DNA of 64,000 nucleotides from Zootoca vivipara (Eukaryota). A model generated the notes under the pieces. That model did not search any database. It saw only the letters and a list, made by a program, of their open reading frames with translations, and had not been told where the DNA came from. This document shows positions 37,652 to 49,742 of this stretch, in pieces (the stretch's first letter is position 1; the number at the start of each line of letters is the position of its first letter). The position numbers were made by a program, and so were the translations under genes. The DNA is taken from positions 36,332,001 to 36,396,000 of the forward strand of contig NC_083280.1 of the NCBI RefSeq assembly GCF_963506605.1, read 5' to 3'.

Positions 37652-37889
37652 CAGTAGAACCTCGTGTTACGTACTGTCTTCTTTACGAATGCTTCGGGTA
37701 ACGAGCACCGCTAACCCGGAAGTAGATGCTCCTTGTTGCGAACATTGCCCCGGGATGCAAGCGGAAGGTGCTGGCGGCGCGGCAGCAGTGGGAGGCCCCA
37801 TTAGTGAAAGCTCGCCTCGCGTTAAGAACGGTTTCAGCTTAAGAACGGACCTTCAGAACAGATTAAGTTCGTAACTGGAGGTACCACTG
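37652..37889. mobile_element. Tc1/mariner (Tigger-like) MITE
   Basis: cagtagaacctcg ... gaggtaccactg|ta. Confidence 0.8.
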
Positions 37890-37939
37890 TACTAGTAAAC
37901 TTTCTCCATTGAGAAGACAAAGGGACAGCCTAACTTACA

Positions 37940-38700
37940 TTGTCCATGTCTGGTAACCTCTATGTTGGATTACTGCAATGCATTATACATGCTGCTGCCT
38001 TTGAAAGGTATTCGGAAACTGCAGCTGATACTGAATTTAGTGGGCAAATCGTTGACTAGCACATATATGGTTAAACATATAGCACCAATTCTGGCATGAC
38101 TCACTGACTGCCAGATAATTTCCAGGCTCAATTCAAAGTGCTAGTTTTGACCTGTAAAGCCATATGTGCTCAAGACCCCACTACCTCGAGGACCATATTT
38201 CCCCACATGAACAGGCCCAGAACCTGTGGTTATTGTCTGAAGCTCTTCTCCATGTGCTTCTTCCACGTGAGCTCTAGATCAGGGGTTGGCAACCTGCGGC
38301 CCATGGGCCACAAGCGGCTGATGGGGGGGTGTTGTTTAAATGGCCCACAAGCCGCCTCCAAACTGAGCCGCTCACTCGGCGAGTCCCTGTGCACTGCACT
38401 AGACTGGCGCGGCACGGAGCGGGGACTTACTTCTGCTGCGCCGGAAAGCACGCCTGCGCAGACACCGATGCGATCTGGCCCACGGAGCGATCTCTGCAGG
38501 AGTGAACTGGCCCAGGCGAGGTTAACCTTGCCGACCCCTGCTCTAGACGGTTGCAACAGAAGAGCAACCCTTTTCAGTGGTGGCTGCCTGCTTTTGAAAT
38601 GCTTTCCCCAAAGAGAAACACCTGGTGACATCATTATTTGTTTTTAGGTGCTAAACCAAGTTTTCCTATTTAAGAATCTGGGCTTTTGGTCCTTAATTTG
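37940..38700 (+). mobile_element. Old L2-type LINE fragment interrupted by a hAT MITE
   Basis: ttggattactgcaatgc (LDYCNA) and attcaaagtgctagttttgacc (FKVLVLT) resemble L2 ORF2. Confidence 0.65.
38280..38540. mobile_element. hAT MITE nested in the L2 fragment
   Basis: caggggttggcaa ... ttgccgacccctg; TSD ctctagat/ctctagac. Confidence 0.88.
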
Positions 38701-38761
38701 AAGGGTCTCAGATATTTGTGGCCTTTTTTAGCGGGGTAGGATCAGTAAGATTTGTCTTTTA

Positions 38762-38970
38762 CACCTTGGGTTACAGACGCTTCAGGTTTCAGACTCCGCT
38801 AACCCAGAAATAGTACCCCGGGTTAAGAACTTTGCTTCAGGATGAGAACCGAAATCGTGCGGCGGTGGCAGGAGGCCCCATTAGCTAAAGTGGTACCTCA
38901 GGTTAAGAACAGTTTCAGGTTAAGAACGGACCTGCAGAACGAATTAAGTTCTTAACCCAAGGTACCACAG
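38762..38970. mobile_element. Tc1/mariner MITE (5' TIR eroded)
   Basis: Same family and orientation as 40598-40817. Confidence 0.85.
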
Positions 38971-39532
38971 TATTTGTATAGATGTGTTTTTAGGCTTTTA
39001 TTGGTTGCGTTATTATCGGTTTTTAATTTGGTTTATACTGTTTCTGTAAGTTGTTTTGCGTCACTTTTGTTAGGAACATAACTAATAAAAATAATACCGG
39101 TAATTTTCTTCTCAACACCTACCTACCATTGGACTTTTGGCCGTTTTACTTAATACATTTTATTGTAATGTTTTCTAAGCGCAAAAGGGGTTTGCATAAG
39201 GTTTGTTGCATTTGAAATATAAAAAACAAAAAATCTTTAAAACTCAGATTCAGTTAAATTCAACAGCCTACTAGTACAGCCTGCATAGTTTGGCCATATT
39301 CATCCTGGCTGCTGAAAGCCATGGAAATAGATGAGCATTGTGATCCCTCCAGAATTCTTGAGAGAGAGACAGTTTATGACCTCCCTCAGGAAATTATTCA
39401 AGAGTTTTGAGGTAACTGTAGTGGAAATCTTGTTTCTAGCTGCTGCTGATCTTGCTTTCTGCAATATACAGATGTGTAGGGCTCCATACAGGGTTAGAGA
39501 GTTTCTAAAGTATGCTAGATCAAAATTGTGTT

Positions 39533-39750
39533 CAAAACAAAATAAAAAAAATTCCTTCCAGTAGCACCTTAGAGACCAACTAAGTTTGTTATTGGTATGA
39601 GCTTTCATGCGCATGCACACTTCTTCAGATAGCATGCACAAGAAAGCTCATACCAATAGCAAACTTAGTTGGTCTCTAAGGTGCTACTGGAAGGATTTTT
39701 TTAAATTTTGTTTCGACTATGGCAGACCAACATGGCTACCTACCTGTAAC
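39533..39750. mobile_element. Penelope-like retroelement terminal fragment with inverted repeat
   Basis: ccagtagcaccttagagaccaac and its reverse complement; end accaacatggctacctacctg; flanked by duplicated caaaattgtgtt. Confidence 0.8.
39594..39631 (-). ncRNA. Minimal type-I hammerhead ribozyme motif (partly degenerate)
   Basis: Minus strand TAT-CTGAAGA-agtgtgcatgcgcat-GAAA-GC-TC-ATACC. Confidence 0.6.
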
Positions 39751-39902
39751 CAAAATTGTGTTGTGATTCAAAGATGAGCACTGGCACCTTGGACTGGGCC
39801 CAGAAATTCACAGGCAGCTGTGCTGTTGCTAAAACAGTTAATTGTACATGTTCATCCCTCCTTACACATCAGAAGGTGAACTGTGGCATTCTGAGCCAGC
39901 TA

Positions 39903-40128
39903 CAGTGGTACCTCGGGTTAAGAACTTAATTCATTCTGGAGGTCCGTTCTTAACTTGAAACTGCCCTTAACCTGAGGTACCACTTTAGCTAATGGGGTCT
40001 CCCGCTGCCGCCGCACCGCTGCTGTGTGATTTCTGTTCTCATCCTGAAGCAAAGTTCTTAACCCAAGGTACTATTTCTGGGTTAGTGGAATCTGTAACCT
40101 GAAGTGTCTGTAACCCAAGGTACCACTG
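39903..40128. mobile_element. Tc1/mariner MITE
   Basis: ta|cagtggtacctcggg ... cccaaggtaccactg|ta. Confidence 0.92.
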
Positions 40129-40335
40129 TACCTGTTATAGAGGTAGTGGTTTCACCCCATTGAAACAGCTTAAGAGCTTGGGGGTGCTTTTGTCCCAATA
40201 AGCATGTACAGTACTGGCAATGGCCAGGAGTGACTTTTTTCAGCCACACTTGTTGAACCGGCTCCATTCTTTTCTAAAGCTGTGAGGTCAAGTCCTATTG
40301 ATCTATCCTTTTGTAGATTCAAAGATTGGCAGGAA

Positions 40336-40573
40336 GCCAACCTAGCAGTTCGAAAGCACGTCAAAAGTGCAAGTAGATAAATAGGTACCGCTACAGCGGG
40401 AAGGTAAACAGCGTTTCCGTGTGCTGCTCTGGTTCGCCAGAAGCGGCTTTGTCATGCTGGCTACATGACCTGGAAGCTGTACGCCGGCCTCGGCCAATAA
40501 CGCGAAATGAGTGCCACAACCCCAGTGTCGGTCATGACTGGACCTAATGGTCAGGGGTCCCTTTACCTTTACC
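40336..40573 (+). mobile_element. 5'-truncated Sauria SINE
   Basis: Body and ccctttacctttacc tail. Confidence 0.88.
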
Positions 40574-40597
40574 CTTGTAGAAGACTCAAAAGGTATA

Positions 40598-40817
40598 CAG
40601 TGGTACCTCGGGTTACAGATGCTTCAGGTTACAGACTCCGCTAACCCAGAAATAGTACCTCGGGTTATGAACTTTTCTTCAGGATGAGAACAGAAATCAC
40701 ACAGCAGCAGCGCAGCGGCAGGCCCCATTAGCTAAAGTGGTACCTCAGGTTAAGAACAAATTCAGGTTAAGAACGGACCTCCAGAACAAATTAAGTTCTT
40801 AACCCAAGGTACCACTG
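40598..40817. mobile_element. Tc1/mariner MITE, inverted relative to 39903-40128
   Basis: TA-flanked, same TIRs. Confidence 0.92.
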
Positions 40818-43269
40818 TATACCAACTCCCTTGTACATTGCAATTACAGTGCTCTGTAGCATCATTTTTACCTTGTCTAGATTCAGTTTCAGTTTGACTC
40901 TTTCACTTGCTCACAACTGCTAGGCACTAACTAGCTCAGGACTTATGAAGCCTCTTCCTAGACACATACCAGTAACTACTGTAGTTAAATATGTCATTGG
41001 CATACTGACGGCATCTAACTCAAAAGCTCTGGATGGTTTCTTTCTGCAGCTTCATAGAGCTGTTGAACATTATCTGGGGCTAATACTGAGCCTTGTGGAA
41101 CACTGCAGGTCAGTCCTCATCTTTCTGATAAGGTCCAACCTTTCTGAGATGTCCAGCAGAACTTGTAGAGTTTATCCCTGATTACTCTTGCTTTCTCAGT
41201 CCCATTACAGAGGAGTTGGTTGGCATGCTGTAAGGTTCATCATCACTGGTGGTGAGAGAGCATTGATTAGTCTGTCTTATTGTCATGCTCTAGAATACAT
41301 TTCAGTGACTGTATTGTGATGAGAAACCTATAGCCATAGTTAAGTGTTCTTTCAGCAAAACTTGTCTACCATCACTTATTTTCTCTGAGGACCTCAGAAT
41401 TTCCTATCACACAGCTTGAAAATCTTTAATCTATATAATATATATTTTTAAAGAAGATCATTAGATACATCATCATCCAGTTTGTTTCCCGTTATCCCCG
41501 TTATCAGTGTTTTAGTCCCCTTCCTTGGCCTTTTTCTTGCTTGCAGGCTGTATTGGATACTTATTACATTCATAAATAACAGTTGTCAAGGCATTTGGTG
41601 TTTTAATAATTCCACATTTTTGTTAATTTTAGAACTACTGTCTGTTTTGTATTAATGTGTTTATTTTATGTCACGTTTATTTTATAAGCTGCTTGTGGGC
41701 TTTTTAATGGTGATATGATCTTAAAAGTGGGACTAGTATTTACTTGCTATTTTATGTAAGAAAATAATACCCCTGATAAAATACGTACATATCTGACTGC
41801 TCTTCCTTTTAAGGAACTCAGAACAAGGCATTCACAGTGTTGGCTGTGTTTCATGCACTTGTCAGGCCTAGATCTAAATGTTGGAGATGGAATTGGTTTA
41901 TGAATAGAGCAAAATACTGTAGCCTAAGACCCATTTTTGTGTTGAAAGCTTTAATGATTAGGTGACTTAATTTATGTAGGAACGGAAGGTGAATCACATT
42001 TTTCTTTTTGCAGGCAAAATGTGCTATGCTGCTCTTATGTTTTGAGAGAAGTGAGGGGATAGTAAAATAAAGGACTCTTTCATATCCCTGCTATAAAATG
42101 CTCTTGTGAATATTATTAGACCATGCCATAGTCTTAGGGAAAGAGGCTACTTCCTTGAGTAAGCAGAATGGAGAATTCCAAGAGATCATCACATTGCTTC
42201 ACTTATCATAATGTTTCATATGGGTTAAAGTGGGTAAGCTTTCCTGCACAGAAAGCGAGATATCCAATATGTGCCAGTGCAAGCAAGGTCTCCTTCCCTC
42301 TGTCCCTGCCCTCTCCCTGTCTATTCCAGAGAGCCCCCAACTCTCTAGGGCAGATTTGGTGGCATGAAGGGGTAGGGGGAGGAAGGAAAAACAAAATCTA
42401 CTTTGTGCAATTACAAGTCTGTTGTGCAAACAGACTGCAACAGTTAAATTGCCTAAAATATGTGAATAGAACAGATAGATGGTATACTCTCCTGTATAAC
42501 CTTTACAGGATTACCTACTGTTGCTTGCTTGTGATAATTTCCATACTGAATTTGTTTTTATATCTTCTGTAGCACCGTACCTGCTTATTTTATAATTGCC
42601 TTGCTGATGCTGTGAAAAAGATTAGTTGGTTATCAAGCACTGATTCTTTATGACACTGGTTTCTAAATTTTGAGACTGGATTGTCTGCTGAAGACCCACA
42701 TCTTCCCTCCCACCCCCTGAATTATTGTGATAATGGTTTATCTTGTTGTGCTGGTTAAGTATGTTATTGAACAAGTGTCTAATTGCCTTAATTTCTTGCT
42801 AGTAAATTAGGGATGTAAGTAACTTGAGTTCTTTTGAAGTTTAATTGCATGTCTGTAACTTGTGAGTGGGAGACATGATGAAATGAATTGGTAAAATAAT
42901 TTTAAAATAATCTGAACTGCTCCTATATCTCAGTGAGATTAGGTGACTATTGGTGTGGCATTGCCATGTAATGTTGATGTTATTATATTTATTATTTAAT
43001 CAGAAACAATGCCGTATTGTTTCCAGGCAACTTGCAATCAAGTTTAAAACAAAGGTGTTATTTTTAACCATTTTCTATCAACATTTAACAACAAATCATC
43101 ACATAATTATCAACAACCTGGAGTGACATTAACATACAGTCTTGACGCAGCTGGATCATAGTCCATCAAATACCCGGGAGATTCTTATTTTAAGTGATTG
43201 TTTCCTAGTGATGGGAATTTGACTTATCAAAAGGTATTTAGTTAACTGACTGGTCAAATAATAAAGTAT

Positions 43270-43492
43270 TTGTTTATGACATTTATATCCTACCTTTCCT
43301 CCAAGGAGCTTAAGGTGGCACACATGATTCTCTCCCTCTTCATTTTATCCTCACAACAATGCTGTGAGGTAGATTAGTCTGAGAGACACTGACATGCTCA
43401 AAGTCAGCCAGAGAGCTTCAGAGCTGAGTTTGGATTTGAACCCTGGTCTCCCAGGCCATAGTCCAACATTCTAATCATTGCCCCACACTGAC
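43270..43492 (-). mobile_element. Old tRNA-derived SINE (Squam3/CORE-like); a second decayed copy follows to about 43730
   Basis: cattttatcctcacaacaa...gtgaggtag...ggatttgaaccc (B box, reversed). Confidence 0.65.
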
Positions 43493-43962
43493 TCTCATTC
43501 TTAGTTTTATTACATTTTAAATGGGTCCTTTCCTTGCCCAATTCTAGGTGCTCAGTGTAGTATACATTTCTCTCTCCTTGCCTTTCACCCATTTGATCTT
43601 TGGAACAATTCTGAGGTAGGTTGGACTGAGTGTATGTGACCAGCTTAATTTCACCTAGTAAACCTCATAGCTAAGGAAGGAATTCAACCTGGGTGCCTTT
43701 GGTCCTAGTCTGACTATCTACCACCTAGGCAGGGACCTCTGCAACTGATGCATGCTTGTGTTCCATTTTAGAGATGCCTACAGTTATAGCAGGTAGCTAG
43801 AGGGAGATGTTCTGCTGCATTACTGGGTTTCCCCCACTGCTGCAGGGCTGGGGGTAAAGCTGTCTTCACTCCTTCCCTTGTTAACAAATGACAGCATAAT
43901 TGTTTTTTTAAAAGAATAATAAGCTGCCCTCTACTTTGTGACAGTCTTGGAATATTTGACAA

Positions 43963-44545
43963 CTAGTATCATGAAGCCCGTTAAAATAATGGGTGCTAGA
44001 GCAGACCTGTTGCTCTAGCAACCTCGGGGACATGTGCAGAGCTGATGAAGCGGCGGGTCTGCACTCCAAGTCCCAACGGATAGAACTGACCCGATGGGGT
44101 GGGAGTTAGGAGAAGACCTCGCTTTCTTTCCTCCTCCACCGAGGCCAGCAAGCGGTCCTACGAATTCCCTTCCCGGACCTCCTTCCTCAACCCGGCTTGA
44201 GCGCCGCAGCGGCCTGCCCGCCTCATTCTCTCTCCCACCGGCGTCGCTCCTCGCGCAAATGAGCCACCGCGCCGCGCCCTGAAGAGGCCGGGCCCGCCTC
44301 TCTCGTCAGGGTCTACAAAGAAGCAGCAGCAGTGCCCGGCGAAGGGGAACGGGCGGTCCTCGTGCCCGCCTCGCCGCCTCAGCCTGGCTCGTCTCCCTGC
44401 CGGGCCGAGCGGGCGCCAAGCTCCCCTCTCCGAAGTGTCTCTGCGCTCCAAGACCCAATGGCTGTCCGTGGGGCACATGTGCAGTAGCGCAATCCTACGG
44501 ACACACGGACTGGACGCAGAGACACTTGGATATTATTATATAGGA
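43963..44545 (-). mobile_element. Non-autonomous Helitron (583 bp)
   Basis: Minus strand A|TCCTATATAATAA ... cccattattttaacggg hairpin ... CTAG|T; inserted in an AT dinucleotide, no TSD. Confidence 0.85.
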
Positions 44546-47377
44546 TACTTGACCACAATCAGATAACAGGCGATCAGTGGACAATATTTGACCAATCAGT
44601 TGACTTGTTATGTGAAATTAAATAGGGCACAATACAGTAGTTTAATCATCAGTAGCTGATTTAGTCACAAGTGCTACTTCGGGTATGCTTCAGAGGAAGC
44701 CACAGGCAAGAAGAAACCTGAAACCAGGAAAATTATTTCACAACTGCCTGCAATAGACATCCTCCTGAAATAGCTACTATTAAGCAGGAAGCATAGACAG
44801 TTTATTCCCTTACATCCACTTGTGCTTTTTAACATTAACTCTTTTACTTCTGTATTAACATCTGTGTGCTTTATTTTTATTTAAACATATTGTAAAAATC
44901 TATGTTAATGCCATTCTGCTAAGGAAGTAGCAGGGTGTGTGGGTGTGGGTGTTTTAAAGAAGCACCAGCCTTGTACCATCCAGCCATTGCTAAAGTGCAC
45001 CCCCCCCTACAGCATTCTCCCGCTTTTCTCTCTTTAGTTTACACAGTTCTGTTGCTTCATCATGGCCAGTCCTACCATTAGACAGAGAGAGGCAGCCTTC
45101 TTAGGTGGCAGTTGCTGGGGTGAGTGGTTAGTAGCAGTGCAGTGCAGGAGAACAGAGGTGTGAGTGTCACCTGGCATGCTCTGCACCCACTACTAAGCTA
45201 GCCTGCTGCTCTCATTGTGGTGGAGAATGCTGACCTGTCACCAGTGCTGAAGTAAGCTTCAGCTACCAGTCCAGTTGACTTCAGTATATGGGATGCGGGT
45301 GTGGGGGAGGATCCATCTTGTCCTTCACCTCAGGCAGCAAAATTTCTTGGACCGGCCCTAGGTTTCCCTCTGGTTACATCATTCTGAAGCACTTCTGAAT
45401 GTTGGCATGATGGTTGTGTCATCTTACCTGCTGATTAGTAACATATATTGCAGGATACAGTAGCAGTAGCAGAAATGGCATTCAAAGCTACTTTGATAAT
45501 ATGTTTGTATCCTGCTCCATCTCAGGGGCCTTGGACAAGTAATATGTTAAGCTTGATGGATAGCTCAGTTGGTTGAGCATGTCTACGATGTTGGCGTAAG
45601 GATCAGGCTGGCCTCTTGGACGTGTTGGTCCCAGCCTGTCTGAGGCTTTGTGCGTCATTGCCAGCATGTTGAGTTGAACATGGAGTAGGCTAAAGTTTCC
45701 AAAATATTATCGAGGATAGTCCTTCATAAAGTTCAGTATTCTTTATGAAGGTATGAGCAATGGCTGCTTGGTGTCCACCTGAGAGAAAAAGCTTTGGCCA
45801 TCTCAACAAGTAGAGCTTCTCACAAGGACAGCTACTACAAAATAATCCTAGCCACAAAGTTCATCAGTGTTGCTTGCATCCCCACCCCTCTGGGGAGAGG
45901 TCAGCCAAATTGCTGAAGAGAGTCTAGGATGTTGGATGTTCTCATAGTTTAAATGATTGGCTTTTCATTTTAGGTCTTCATAATTAAATTCTTTTTACAT
46001 GTGCTGTGTCTTTATTTTGTTGAACAAGATTTACATGCTGCTTTGTTGACAGATTGGCTTATAGAAAACATTATTTAATGAAAAGTAATCATCACCTCAA
46101 TTTAACAGCGTGTTCATGCTTGTGGTTTATTTGGTGTACAGAAAGATCCTAGCAGTATGGATCTGATAATTTGGCAAATCTGAATTTTTAGTAGGCATAT
46201 TGTAAAACACATACCTTAAGAAAACTGTGCACTTTTGTAAAGGTGTTGAAGTTTTGAAAGTAAGTAGCTGCTCACCGTTTCTGTAAATTCAGAAAATTCC
46301 TTTACAGGAAGTTCCTGTAAATTCTAAGGGTAGTATTGGGGAACAGGTGGTTCTCTGGTGTAGGAAGGAGATAAATCTTATGTGTCTGTAATAGTAGAAG
46401 TACCGTAATTCTTGCCTTACTACTGATGACTGAGAGCTTTGTCTTAAGTGTTTCCATAAAGAATATTATGGCCTTTTGGTAGCTGTAGCATGGGGGAGAA
46501 GTCACCTCTCTTTTTCATTGTCGTCTTGGGTTGCTTCTTACTGTGTAATAATAATAATGTTTCCCTTTCTAGTTGTATATCAAACATCAGTCTTATGTTA
46601 CTGTATACAGGTTAAGTACTAATTATCTAGTGTCTGGAGCCATTGTAACTAGCTCATATTTATCTTAAGCCTTCTAAATACAGTGCCTTTCAGACATGAG
46701 CAACAAAATATCTGCAGTTAAATCTCAAGAGTTAAGCAGTAATTTTATAAAGATGAAAGACTTAGAAGGGCATAAAATAAGGATAGATCATAAGTTAAAT
46801 AATCTCCAGATGATTCATTTACTACTTGGAAACCTTGGTAGAATTCTGTTAAGGCACTTGATTGAAATATGATTTTGGAGGAGTGCTTAAAATTCCTTTT
46901 TATCTATTACTTAAAATACTGAAGAAGTTTAGTTTACAATTGCTTGAATAATAGTGGATGGTGTATTTTGCAAGATGACTAGTTTCTCTTGGCTTTGCAT
47001 ACTTGCATCAACCTCATGTGTTTAAAACAGCAGCAACAAAGGGCTGTATTCAAATAACAGAGGACTGACTCAATGGACTTTGGTCCACAGAACAGAGCTT
47101 TTTCTTCTTCTTCTCTAGGGTTGGGGACCCTCCAGAACAGATTTTGGGGGCATACAGGGGAAGGGGAGGAAATGGAAGTCTCGTTGTGCCAGTGGATGCA
47201 ACCCAAAATAGGCCAAATAAAGAGTTGCTATGATAAATCTTGTCATAGAAGCTTGGACATTACCTTGAGTCAACAGTAAATATAATTGTCTTAAAATTGA
47301 CTCCTGCCGGAATCATGGGAACTATTCTGCAGGCTGGAAATAACGCTCTGCGTGTAATATGCTGACACCTTTTAAAT

Positions 47378-47613
47378 TCCAGTATGGTGTAGTGGTTAAG
47401 AGTGGTAGTTCCATAATCTGGTGAACCGGGTTTGCGTGCACACATGCAGCTGCTGGGTGACCTTGGGCTAGTCACACTTCTTTGAAGTCTCTCAGCCTCA
47501 CTCACCTCACAGAGTGTTTGTTGTGGGGAAGGAAGGGAAAGGAGAATGCTAGCTGCTTTGAGACTCCTTCGGATAGTGATAAAGTGGGATATCAAATCCA
47601 AACTTTTCTTCTT
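47378..47613 (+). mobile_element. tRNA-derived SINE (Squam3-like)
   Basis: A box tggtgtagtggttaag, gggtgaccttggg core, (CTT)n tail. Confidence 0.75.
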
Positions 47614-48958
47614 CCACCTTGAGGCACCTAAGTTGGGAATACGAAATGGAAGTGCTGTTCTAGCTACTGTAATTTGTTCTGGCTTCTGTTGAACAGTTGT
47701 GATGGTCCTGAAGTGAACATATAGGGGATGCTTCCCCCCTCCCCAAAGCTGATCTTGCTTTATCCACTATGTAGAGCAAAAGAGACATACAGGCAACTCC
47801 CCATTTGCGCAGGGGTTGCATTCTGGCTCATAGTGTACCTTTTAGCACCTTATGAACTAAGAAGCTTATTGTATCACAAACCTTTATGATATATTGTTTG
47901 CAGGGGTATGTATATATGTGTACATATGGGTCATAGAGAAGAAAATGTAAATAGCAAGTGACAATACCTGCCAACAATGCTTACTACTATCAATATATGA
48001 GAAACAAGTCATTGTTTATAGAAAAGAGTAACAGTTTATGATTATATCATTCATGGCAGTTATCAGTGGGAGAACATTTTGCTCCCAGGATGCTCTATTG
48101 CTGACCTAAACATTGCTGTTCTTCAACAGGGAGTATGAGTCACAATACCTGATTGGGACAATGTTTGTTACATGAATCTGTGGTACACCACACCCCCCCC
48201 CCCCATTTCTAGGCTGTTGAAATACCGTATGTGATTTAGTGTTTGTTTACATTTTGGTGGAAAATATATATTTTCTGGAAGTCCTCTATTGGAGTGTTAC
48301 AGTCTCTGACAAACCTATGTATGTCTATTCAATAGTAGAGTCATTGATATCCATGTATTTACCGTACATCCCAGCCTCTTGCATCCCAGCCTCTTGCAGC
48401 CTCTCCAGCACAATGGTGGGGAGTTCTTTATTGTTCTTGACCCATCTTTTTTTTAGAATGTTAGTGCTTGCTTAGGCTTAGCCTGTGTGGTGCATGCCAT
48501 ATAATACACAATCAACCAGATATTCTGTTGTGGCTGTCTAATTGTGAGATGTTGTAATTAGTGTCTGTATGCCTAATCAGTGCTGCCATGCTTTGTGCAA
48601 AAGTTCAGCTCTATTTTGCTTTTGAAATGGCTTGCAGTAAATCACTTCCTGTTTTTAACATGACTATAAAGTACAAAAGAGGATTTCCTCTTACACCATG
48701 GACAAGCTTAGTAAAGGACATCTTTAGTTCTGCATTCATAAAGCAAGGGTTCCAATTTGTCAAAAGTCAAGACAAATGCTGTAAGGCTCCTGTTTTAATA
48801 AAAGGAGACTGGTGTACCACACACCTTCATATCTCAAACCTAGCAGCTGAAAGGGAAACACTTTTTCAGTTTGGCTTGTTTCATGCAGGGCTTTTTAAAG
48901 GTTTTTTTAAAAAATAAATAAATAAGCATAGTACTCTTAAAGAAACCAGAGTGTAGAC

Positions 48959-49094
48959 CAGGCACCCCCAAACTTCGGCCCTCCAGATGTTTTGGACTAC
49001 AATTCCCATCTTCCCCAACCACTGGTCCTCTTAGCTAGGGATCATGGGAGTTGTAGGCCAAAACATCTGGAGGGCTGCAGTTTGGGGATGCCTG
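48959..49094. mobile_element. 136-bp palindromic hAT MITE
   Basis: Same family as 632-767; TSD gtgtagac. Confidence 0.93.
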
Positions 49095-49387
49095 GTGTAG
49101 ACAACCAGGAAGCAGAAGTTGCTGTTTCTCCCAGTGCACTATTAGACAGTGAAAGTGGAGTTTGGAGAGAGATTATGGTACTTATGGTAACTATCTTTGC
49201 TGAAAAGAAAGGAGTTAGCTCTCCATACAGCTTCAAGTGAAAGAAGTAAATAATGCACTCTTAATGTAGCAGCTGCACAAACCTCCTTAGGGGAGAACTG
49301 CTTGCACTTTAAAAGTTCATTAATTTAAGAAACATAATTCTTTTTAATTATGTTTAATTATGTTTAATTATGTCCCTTAATTTTTAA

Positions 49388-49742
49388 GGGACCCAGGTGG
49401 CGCTGTGGGTTAAACCACTGAGCCTAGGGCTTGCTGATCAGAAGGTCAGCGGTTCAAATCCCTGTGACGGGGTGAGCTCCTGTTGCTCGGTCCCAGCTCC
49501 TGCCAACCTAGCAGTTCGAAAGCACGTCATAATGCAAGTAGATAAATAGGAACTGCTACAGCGGGAAGGTAAACAACGTTTCCGTGTGCTGCTCTGGTTC
49601 GCCAGAAGTGGCTTTGTCATGCTGGCCACATGACCTGGAAGCTGTACGCCGGCTCCCTCGGCCAATAATGCGAGATGCGTGCGCAACCCCAGTGTCGGTC
49701 ATGACTGGACCTAATGGTCAGGGGTCCCTTTACCTTTACCTT
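49388..49742 (+). mobile_element. Sauria SINE, full length
   Basis: gggacccaggtggcgctgtgg head to cctttacctttacc tail. Confidence 0.93.

Noticed and set aside
38138-38647. 169-aa and 134-aa ORFs
   Set aside because: They run across an L2 fragment and a nested hAT MITE.
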